Source: a virus (Duplodnaviria > Caudoviricetes). Taken from it: 64,000 nucleotides of DNA. How positions within the stretch are numbered: the first letter of the stretch is position 1; each line of letters begins with the position of its first letter. Shown piece after piece: positions 1 to 7,822 of this stretch. Below the pieces are notes generated by a model, which saw only the letters and a program-made list of their open reading frames with translations, had not been told where the DNA came from and did no database searches. The DNA is taken from positions 1 through 64,000 of IMG/VR virus record IMGVR_UViG_2916441648_000002; one strand, 5' to 3'. A program made the translations under genes and the position numbers.

Positions 1-321
1 TTAAATTGGCACGCAATCGGCGTTCATAACCCGGTTAAGGCTATGGGTTAGCACGCCAAAAACCTCTACGTCATCCAGAGCTTCACCCTCTATAGCTTCA
101 CCATCCTCAGTTATTACTGCCGCACCATAAAGCTTTGCAAACTCGTTTCTGTTATCCATTCTTACAAGTAGTGTATCTCCCTGCTCTGGTCTTAATGCGA
201 CATTAACAATTGCCCATCCACATGACGTTTCTATTACCCGGCAATTTGCATCAATACCACATAGCAGATCGATTGTGAGCCTTTGCTCCTGGTAGTCCAT
301 TGCTGGCGAAGGAAAACCCAT
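1..321 (-). CDS. UmuD'-like (HumD-like) protein, pre-cleaved form
   Basis: Begins MGFPSPAMDY, matching the post-cleavage N-terminus GFPSPAADY of UmuD'; C-terminal VEVFGVLTH resembles UmuD DVFGVVIH. Confidence 0.75.
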   Translation of the reverse strand: MGFPSPAMDYQEQRLTIDLLCGIDANCRVIETSCGWAIVNVALRPEQGDTLLVRMDNRNEFAKLYGAAVITEDGEAIEGEALDDVEVFGVLTHSLNRVMNADCVPI

Positions 322-560
322 TAGAATACCCTCCCCATGTTGCGCAGGATCCAGTAACGGTTATTACTGCCGTCTGTAGTCTTATCTGCGAAGTCGGGCT
401 GGTATCGTTCAATCCACGAATTTGCATCTTCATGGCTAAAGTGCCAATTCTTCTCTCGCAATTTTGCTATGAATTCATCCGTGTTCAAGTAGCGATAACC
501 TTTGGGGTTTAGCTGTATAGCTGCAATGAAGGCGGTCTGTATGTCTGCTGTTCGTGGCAT
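321..560 (-). CDS. Conserved phage hypothetical protein (79 aa), first gene of SOS cassette
   Basis: Stop/start overlap with the next gene, GAGG RBS, close homologue at 41768-42007. Confidence 0.85.
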   Translation of the reverse strand: MPRTADIQTAFIAAIQLNPKGYRYLNTDEFIAKLREKNWHFSHEDANSWIERYQPDFADKTTDGSNNRYWILRNMGRVF

Positions 561-580
561 GTTTACCTCACAAAATTATA

Positions 581-596
581 CTGTATGCATGTACAG
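581..596. promoter_or_regulatory. LexA (SOS) box abutting a TATAAT -10 element of the leftward cassette promoter
   Basis: CTGTATGCATGTACAG fits CTGT-N8-ACAG; minus-strand TATAAT at 575-580. Confidence 0.85.
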
Positions 597-679
597 TATA
601 TGCATCAAATAGACATCGCGCAAGGATGCCTTAAATGATATCCTCCTCACCTGATTTTTAACTCTCACGGTAAAATATT

Positions 680-1069
680 ATGAAGATAAATGAATTAGTT
701 AGTGCTCTTATGCAAAACCATGATGTGACTTCAGAAGAAAATAATCGAAGAAAGAAAGAAATTGAAAGACTTGATAGTGCTTTCAATGATTACTTTTTTG
801 ATGGGAGGAAAGTCGGCAGGATTGTTTCTAATGTGGGGATCGCTGAAGGGGCAATGGGTGAATCGTCCATATTTACCTCTCTGAATAAAACGGAAATCGA
901 AGTTAGATTGTCATTCTCCACCGTAGACTCACAGAGCAAATATCAGGAGTATTTTTTCCTACATGTTATTAATGGAGAATATGTAATCTCTGAAATGGAT
1001 GGTAGCTTTTTATGTAAATCGTCTGAATTCCCTGAAAAATTATTTCAAAGAATTTTGTCACAAATTTAA
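680..1069 (+). CDS. AT-rich hypothetical protein (moron), convergent with tailspike
   Basis: 129-aa ORF on the strand opposite the late genes, visibly AT-richer than its flanks. Confidence 0.75.
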   Translation: MKINELVSALMQNHDVTSEENNRRKKEIERLDSAFNDYFFDGRKVGRIVSNVGIAEGAMGESSIFTSLNKTEIEVRLSFSTVDSQSKYQEYFFLHVINGEYVISEMDGSFLCKSSEFPEKLFQRILSQI

Positions 1070-1095
1070 TACTTGGCGCATCCTTGCGCCAACTT

Positions 1096-3354
1096 TTACA
1101 CAGCAGAAGCTACCGGGGCACCGTTAAATTCCATGCCCCATATTTCAATCTCCCATAGTGCTGTTTTTTGCCCTCCTGAAACTGCAGTCCAGTCCGCTCT
1201 TATTGACAGCCAGTCTCCCAGATCTGGGCGGCCAGAACCGTTAGCTACATCATTCGCGACAAATGGTACATCACGCAATGGCATGTTTGGAGCCACCTGG
1301 TTTGCGGTGTAAAGATTTGAGATGGCTTTCTGTGATTTTGTGAACGTAAACACGGGCCAGTCAGCCACCGCGCCAGACTGATAAGTTGGTGTGAACGTAA
1401 AAGTATCAACACCGCTCGCGGTTTTATAAAGCAACCCTTCCATTAGATGGTTAGCAAACGTCCCGCCAGTAGCCTTCAGGATCACTCTTGCTACCCCGCA
1501 GTCAAATGGCGATGCTTTGTTGTCTCGAGCCGTTCCCTTAAGCGCATCAGGCATGGGAAGCACTACAGTTGACCATGTGATCGGAGTCGGGTCGCCTGTG
1601 TTAGCACCTATAGAATCAGGGAGCATCTGTCGAATTACTCCAATATTCCCCCACTGCTGCCCACGACGCACCGGGTTTGCTTTACGCAAGTTAACTGGCC
1701 TTACGGTAAACATCTGGATAAACTGATCAGTAGGAGAAGTGCCATCTGTTTTGTTGAATATAGTTACTGTTTTCCATCCCTTTCCATACAGCGTCCCGAC
1801 GAATTTCGGTTGTCCAGCCCTGGTGGAATCCTTGTTATAAAGTAGGCTATTTGCAAAACTTCCCTTAAAGCCTTGGCTTCTCTCATTATTAATCGTGATA
1901 CTGTCTCGGTAATATGTTACAGACCCGCGATACCAGTCACCTGATATAACCTGTAATCCTCCATCAGCCCAACTACCAATAATATCTACCTCTAACGCCT
2001 CGCAGTCCTGATAGAAGTGATACGCCATCAGGCAAGCTTTATTATTTGCCAGAATGCCAGTAATACCTGGATTAGTGTATGCGCCACTCGCATAGCCCAA
2101 ATCTATATTACCGACAGGGTTAGTGTAACCAATATGATTATCAGTGTTACCGCCCCAGATCTGCACTTCATGTCGGACCGGCTCATAGGTATCAAGCAAG
2201 CCACCAGCGCCACACATCGAAGTTAACGCTTCCCCAATACGCGCATAACCTATTGAGTTGAAATGAAGGCTATCACTTTGTACTGTGCCGTAGAGACGGT
2301 TGTAGTGGACTTCATGCGCGTCAAAAAAACGACAGCCGTAAACTTTGGCCATGTTTTTTGCCTGCTGAGCCCATATTTGGTAACCGGGGTTGCGCGCACC
2401 TTGCCCGCCAGCTCCGCAAGTCATAACAACAACGCCACAACCCCATTTAATGAGTCGGCGGATCAGCGTTTCCATTGCCGCCATATAACTTTCATGGGTG
2501 GATCCAGCAGTCCCGCTGTAGTCATTAATGCCGTACATAACAAATGCCAGGTCGCAGTTTGGGTTTGTCTGCCACAGAGGTTCGTTAACTGCCTGTTGTG
2601 CTGTATAGCCTGAAATAGCCCGGTATACTGGAGTGACAGTCACACCACACTGCTCAAGCATGAAATCAACGAAACGCTTTGGATACGTCATTGAGGCATG
2701 TGTCGCCCAGTCGCCGTTTTCCGCAGGCACTTTATCGGTCGACCCAACATCGTAACCAGCCGTGATTGAATCGCCCTGAAATAACACAGTCACGGGCTGA
2801 AGGGTGCGTATTTTGTAATTCACAGCCGCCAGTTTCGCGATGTTCTGAGCGCGATATTCAGCACTATCATTCGCCAGCAAGAACTCCTGGACGGTACGAG
2901 TTGTGCCATCTGTATTTGTCGCACCTACCATGTCTGCCCCAGTAGGCTTTGCAAGGTCTTTGCGAAGAACGTCCGCAACATCCACGGGTTGCCATTTGCC
3001 TGGACCAGTACCACCAGAAGAAGAAGGCGTTGACCCAGCAGGCACTGTTTTTGGAAGTGTCTGTAAATTATCCCATCGATACCAAATATCTGTTGAAGAG
3101 TCTTGGATGATATCCACGGCAGTATTTATGGTTGTACCAATCTGGAAAGTACCTACTGGATTCCAGCCAAGTCCTATAATAGCGCGCTTAGCCTCTTCTT
3201 CTATACCATGCCATGTATAGCGATTTCTACCCAGACGGTCTGGCCAAATTTCATTTACAAGGTCGTTTTCTCTATGATCAAGATTTTCAGCATTATCATA
3301 TAGATCTCTTGGGTCTTGTGAACCCAAAGGATTGTTTGTGGCGTAAGTAGTCAT
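1096..3354 (-). CDS. Tailspike with SGNH/GDSL esterase domain
   Basis: N-terminal tailspike attachment motifs (NPLGSQDPRDLYDNA, YRWD..LPKTVP..STP...GG); SGNH blocks GDSIT, ISG, GIND, DSLH; start set at MTTY after GGAG. Confidence 0.85.
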   Translation of the reverse strand: MTTYATNNPLGSQDPRDLYDNAENLDHRENDLVNEIWPDRLGRNRYTWHGIEEEAKRAIIGLGWNPVGTFQIGTTINTAVDIIQDSSTDIWYRWDNLQTLPKTVPAGSTPSSSGGTGPGKWQPVDVADVLRKDLAKPTGADMVGATNTDGTTRTVQEFLLANDSAEYRAQNIAKLAAVNYKIRTLQPVTVLFQGDSITAGYDVGSTDKVPAENGDWATHASMTYPKRFVDFMLEQCGVTVTPVYRAISGYTAQQAVNEPLWQTNPNCDLAFVMYGINDYSGTAGSTHESYMAAMETLIRRLIKWGCGVVVMTCGAGGQGARNPGYQIWAQQAKNMAKVYGCRFFDAHEVHYNRLYGTVQSDSLHFNSIGYARIGEALTSMCGAGGLLDTYEPVRHEVQIWGGNTDNHIGYTNPVGNIDLGYASGAYTNPGITGILANNKACLMAYHFYQDCEALEVDIIGSWADGGLQVISGDWYRGSVTYYRDSITINNERSQGFKGSFANSLLYNKDSTRAGQPKFVGTLYGKGWKTVTIFNKTDGTSPTDQFIQMFTVRPVNLRKANPVRRGQQWGNIGVIRQMLPDSIGANTGDPTPITWSTVVLPMPDALKGTARDNKASPFDCGVARVILKATGGTFANHLMEGLLYKTASGVDTFTFTPTYQSGAVADWPVFTFTKSQKAISNLYTANQVAPNMPLRDVPFVANDVANGSGRPDLGDWLSIRADWTAVSGGQKTALWEIEIWGMEFNGAPVASAV

Positions 3355-3369
3355 GCAGGCTCCGGGCAT

Positions 3370-3391
3370 AAAAAAACCCGCAGAAGCGGGT
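3370..3391 (-). terminator. Rho-independent terminator between tail hub and tailspike
   Basis: ACCCGC-loop-GCGGGT stem followed by a U-run on the minus strand. Confidence 0.7.
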
Positions 3392-3408
3392 CTGATTGCA
3401 ATTTCATT

Positions 3409-6400
3409 TTATGCAACATTACCTGGGTAAGTTGCATCGTCATATTGATATTTAGAGGGGTTATACTGAATTGCTGAAACATCGTTAGTACCGTCACTTC
3501 CTGGAGATATCTCTCCTATCAGAGCGTCGTAACCCACACGTGTAGAGGAACAAAACAAAATCCTGGGAGGCTCTACTGAAGGATCACCCATTATCCATGT
3601 TTCAGGTGCAAGAGTACTGCTATATGGAACTGTGAGCGTAAAGTCATTGACTCTGGTTGGAACAAGCAAATTAGATGCCTTGCCTTCCTGATCACGAATA
3701 ACGACACGAGGATTAGGGAAAGTCCAGTCAGGCGCTTCACTGAGTGTAAGAGTTATAATGCTACTGTTATAACTCATTTTCTCGATCAGACAACTTAGGG
3801 TATGGTTTCCAGGGATATCATCAGTAAGAATTACCCTGTCCATAAACTCATAACAGAGTGCATCCATCTCAGTTGATGTGTCATGAGAAAGCCTTTGCAG
3901 TTGATATCCCAACAAACGACGCATACCTATTCGATAAGCTCTATCCTGGTCAAGAACGCCATCTAACTTGAAATTCTCTACTTTTACAGGAGTGGGCTTA
4001 TCAGGCAATCGGCATTGAACAGTTTCCTCTGCCCAGGTGAGCTCGTTAATATACGTCACATCAACGCCATCATAATCGTCTTCATTCGGTGCTTTGAATG
4101 ATGTTGTCAGTTCGGCAGTCGTTTCCTGTGGCGTGATCATCCCGGCCCATGGCTTAATACCTTCCCTTCCGGCTGAAGCCATGCCATCAGAAAGAAGGAA
4201 ATAGCCCATGCCAGCGCCAGTGATGGTTTTAAGCATGTCCAGTGCAGAGACTGTATCCGTGGTAGCGAAATCGAATTTCTCACCGCGAGGTGTCCAGTAG
4301 GTTGTTTCAAGCGCGTCTATAGCAGCTCTGTCAATTTCATTATCCTGATACCCAAGTGATTTGAGTACGTGATAAAGAGCTGCGCTGATGCTGCGCGGTT
4401 CACCTTCTTCATATTGCCTGGTGGCCGTGACATTGATACGCCTGTCAGACTGAGCACCAAGTCGGTTACCCGTTCTGACGCTCAGCGCTACTGTAGTTAT
4501 ATCCCGGTAACTCGTTGGCCGCTTTGGAAGTCTTGACCGCATTGCCTGCCAGTAGACCTGATCGCGGGTAGAACCTCCTGCTGGCGCTTCCTTGCGTCTC
4601 ATCCTGACTTCATACTGACCAGGGTCCACATTAATTACCCGTGTAAATCCGATCTGATCTTCAACACTTCTGGTATACGACAACTCAAGAGTCGTCCAGT
4701 CTGTTGCTCCCGAAATCCGGTACTGAATGAGGATGCCTACAGTCTTGGATCTCTTTTTGCCCTTGCTGTTGTATTTGGCCAGGCCATTCTGAAAGTTAAG
4801 GTTAACCTCAATGCAGTCTGTCGTTTCTCCATCAGGACATGACAGGAACGGGCCAACCCAGTCATAATCGTCGTTCACGCCGGTTACCGAACCATCAAGA
4901 ACCGTTCGTTGAATAAACCCTGTCCATGCAGGATCATCAGTGGTAACAGGATTTCCTGATGAATCAACAGAAACAAGAACCCTGCCAACGGTAATTGTGA
5001 GGCCTGAAATATCAGTAATTTTATAGCTGTAATCGGTTGGGTATAAAGTCAGGCGCTGGAGTCCTACAGGTATTCCGGCAAACTTTGTGCCAGTAGCCGA
5101 ATCATAAGCGAGGCTGATGCTGGCTGGCACCGCTGCAGTTCCGCCCGTTGATTTTACCCCTGCGGTATCAACTGGTGAACTTCCAAATACACTGACAGGC
5201 AATGGACTGTGGGTGATTGAGCCACCAGCAAATGGGCTGCTTTGTTCGTCGATCACTACGCGGCCGGAATTATCACGGGCCCTCAAACCAGATGCATTGA
5301 TTTGGCTTGTTATTGCATTTACCAGCCCACTCATGGTGACGTAGTTGCTGGTCAGCGAAACGGTGTAAGTTACCGATTTCCATGTGATTGTGAATGTTTG
5401 TGGCGTGCTACTGAAATCATACGTTGTAGGTGACGCGCTGGCCGCAATGCTCGCGGTGTTGCCGCCGACTCCTGGAACTGCAGGTACAGCTGGGCTGTAA
5501 GCCGCAACAAACAATTCAAACGTATCGTTGTTTACCTCCAGCGTCATTGCCATTCCAACAACCGGGGCCATTTCAGATACTGAACCATAAATGACGCTGT
5601 AACCGTTATTTATTTCAATGGTGTAGGTGTCTGGCGCTTCAATATCAATAATGGTTCCAACCGTCCAGGATGATGGAATTTCAGTATCCTCTGTAATTGT
5701 CGAACCAATCAGCGTTACTGTATTGGTATTAAAAAGTAATGCATCCGCTACGACACTCACGTTTTCTGGACCACTTGTTCCAAGATCAAGGCCTGCAGTA
5801 CCGGATGTTGTGTTACCTACTTCAGGTGAGTTAAACCAGTTTTCTGTGCGTTTATCTGCTGATACATCAGCGCCAGGCGGATAGACGGTATAGGAAACGT
5901 CATCGCCAAATGCCGCAAAAGGCGTGTTACCGATACGCCATTCAGATGCTGGTAAAGTGAAATAACCGGCACCGACATTCAGAAACATATCGGTAACCAA
6001 GTTTTTTTCATTAACAAACCGGCTGACAGGCTGTACTACGTAATCTGGCCATACTCGGTATTTACCGAAAATTTCTCGGATAGGATCACCAAGTTTCGCA
6101 CTGTTCGCTTTTGCCGGGTTAAGATCAATCTGATCGCCATTACCAGGCTGGCTATAGCCTCCGGTCTGCATATTGCTCATCATGTAGATGGAATAGGCAG
6201 CACTTGCTACAGCAACTGCTACTGCTGCCCAGGCAGCAATCTCAAGACCAGTACCATATGGGATGGGGTAAATTTTTACGTCACTTTCTGGACTAATTTT
6301 TATGGATGGCCATTCGGCATGTGATACCGGCTTACCATTTACCTCTATGGTAATTGGGTGTTCTCTGTCTAGAGTCCATCCATCAATATTATCGGCAAGC

Positions 6401-6483
6401 CAACCTGCAAGGCTAACATCACAATGTTCGTGAGTTTCCAGTGGCTCGCCTGGCAGCCTTGACGGGTAAATTCTGATTGTCAC
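3409..6483 (-). CDS. Tail hub / host-specificity (J-like) protein
   Basis: 1024 aa downstream of NlpC gene; AKLGDPIREIFG motif typical of tail-tip hub proteins. Confidence 0.8.
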   Translation of the reverse strand: MTIRIYPSRLPGEPLETHEHCDVSLAGWLADNIDGWTLDREHPITIEVNGKPVSHAEWPSIKISPESDVKIYPIPYGTGLEIAAWAAVAVAVASAAYSIYMMSNMQTGGYSQPGNGDQIDLNPAKANSAKLGDPIREIFGKYRVWPDYVVQPVSRFVNEKNLVTDMFLNVGAGYFTLPASEWRIGNTPFAAFGDDVSYTVYPPGADVSADKRTENWFNSPEVGNTTSGTAGLDLGTSGPENVSVVADALLFNTNTVTLIGSTITEDTEIPSSWTVGTIIDIEAPDTYTIEINNGYSVIYGSVSEMAPVVGMAMTLEVNNDTFELFVAAYSPAVPAVPGVGGNTASIAASASPTTYDFSSTPQTFTITWKSVTYTVSLTSNYVTMSGLVNAITSQINASGLRARDNSGRVVIDEQSSPFAGGSITHSPLPVSVFGSSPVDTAGVKSTGGTAAVPASISLAYDSATGTKFAGIPVGLQRLTLYPTDYSYKITDISGLTITVGRVLVSVDSSGNPVTTDDPAWTGFIQRTVLDGSVTGVNDDYDWVGPFLSCPDGETTDCIEVNLNFQNGLAKYNSKGKKRSKTVGILIQYRISGATDWTTLELSYTRSVEDQIGFTRVINVDPGQYEVRMRRKEAPAGGSTRDQVYWQAMRSRLPKRPTSYRDITTVALSVRTGNRLGAQSDRRINVTATRQYEEGEPRSISAALYHVLKSLGYQDNEIDRAAIDALETTYWTPRGEKFDFATTDTVSALDMLKTITGAGMGYFLLSDGMASAGREGIKPWAGMITPQETTAELTTSFKAPNEDDYDGVDVTYINELTWAEETVQCRLPDKPTPVKVENFKLDGVLDQDRAYRIGMRRLLGYQLQRLSHDTSTEMDALCYEFMDRVILTDDIPGNHTLSCLIEKMSYNSSIITLTLSEAPDWTFPNPRVVIRDQEGKASNLLVPTRVNDFTLTVPYSSTLAPETWIMGDPSVEPPRILFCSSTRVGYDALIGEISPGSDGTNDVSAIQYNPSKYQYDDATYPGNVA

Positions 6484-6860
6484 TGGTAATACTCCACTTT
6501 CACAAAACGACGTTCAAAACGAGACAGAGGAAGGAATGTGACATTGGATTTAGGGTTGCACTCAGCCGCATACAGAGAACCGCCAATATCGACGACAATA
6601 CCAACATGCGTGACCATTCCGCCAGAATAACATGCAATACCGGCCCCGGGAGTTGGCTCACATTTAGTCAGTTCAGACATCAGACCACGAGCTTCTCTGT
6701 CAAGCCCGTTATCGTCCTTTGTCACCCCGGAGAACTCAGGCCACAAAGGCAAATCGAGGTCACGGCGGATTTCGTTAACTATCCCGAAACAGTCAAGCTC
6801 TGGGTAAACGCGGCCGCCTTTCAGCCAGGTGACTGAACGGTACTTATCAGGATTAAACAT
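6480..6860 (-). CDS. NlpC/P60-like tail tip protein
   Basis: LDCFG Cys motif and THVGI His motif; position in tail tip operon. Confidence 0.8.
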   Translation of the reverse strand: MFNPDKYRSVTWLKGGRVYPELDCFGIVNEIRRDLDLPLWPEFSGVTKDDNGLDREARGLMSELTKCEPTPGAGIACYSGGMVTHVGIVVDIGGSLYAAECNPKSNVTFLPLSRFERRFVKVEYYQ

Positions 6861-6869
6861 GGGTAGTCC

Positions 6870-7352
6870 TTACGTCAGATAACGAAGACCAGGGAAGTCC
6901 GGAAGTGTGTAACGGTAACGAGGCCAGGCGGTATCAAGGATATTCATATACCCTGCGGTAATCTGTACCTCTGTTGCTGTCCATGACCCGTTTTTAATAG
7001 CGAGCGTATATGGTGGAGCAGCAGGTGCTGACAGATCTGAAGAAACATAACGCCGAAATGTCAGACTGGCATTATCCAGACTATCGAGAGCATTCCTGAT
7101 AGCTGTTGAAACAACCCCGTCAATATTGCTGATGGCAAATTTCAAATCCTGCGTACCGTCAGCGTTACGAGCTGGCAAAGCAATATCAATCGCTGATCCG
7201 ATAAAGGTCGCTTGCCTACCGTCTTCCAGAGTCACCGTTACATCATCCCATCCACGTGTTAACCAGTAATCGACACCGCCAACCGTTATTTGCAGAGTAT
7301 CTAAGATCACTTCACTACCACTGCTCGCATAGAGTCTATTTAAAACAGTCAT
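6870..7352 (-). CDS. Minor tail protein (DUF1833-like, lambda L position)
   Basis: Position, ATGA coupling with upstream gene, C-terminal RYRYTLPDFPGL. Confidence 0.7.
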   Translation of the reverse strand: MTVLNRLYASSGSEVILDTLQITVGGVDYWLTRGWDDVTVTLEDGRQATFIGSAIDIALPARNADGTQDLKFAISNIDGVVSTAIRNALDSLDNASLTFRRYVSSDLSAPAAPPYTLAIKNGSWTATEVQITAGYMNILDTAWPRYRYTLPDFPGLRYLT

Positions 7353-7822
7353 GATTCTGGCCACTCCCTGTTAAGCGCAAGGTCGATAATATCCATCCCG
7401 GAAATAAATTCCGGGAACTGACCCCATGGAGGAGGAAGTAAAATTGCACGATCATAGAGTTCTAACTCTGCAGTGTACTGCCAGTAATTACCGCCGATGA
7501 GACTCGGCCCATCATAGATATCCGTGAACCGGCAGACCTTTGGTGATTCACCTCCCGGAGTACGGAGGTTCATGTTGAACCATGCCGCACCATCAGTTAG
7601 GGCATCCCTGAACCATGCTTCAAAGGTCTGGGCCTGCTTCTCAGTAAGCGTCCAGGTTACGCTGGCCATAGTCGGGGTGGACATATAACGGCGGCGCTGC
7701 CTTGCTCGTCCTGATGTCAGAGTGGTACGAAGTAGCGGGCTTACTGGTTTTAATCCATATCCATCCTGAAGAGGAACGGGAAGATAATCGTGCGGATAGG
7801 TAATGTTGGTTGTGATTGCCAT
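7349..7822 (-). CDS. Distal tail protein
   Basis: Immediately follows tape measure; GRARQRRRY motif. Confidence 0.7.
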   Translation of the reverse strand: MAITTNITYPHDYLPVPLQDGYGLKPVSPLLRTTLTSGRARQRRRYMSTPTMASVTWTLTEKQAQTFEAWFRDALTDGAAWFNMNLRTPGGESPKVCRFTDIYDGPSLIGGNYWQYTAELELYDRAILLPPPWGQFPEFISGMDIIDLALNREWPES

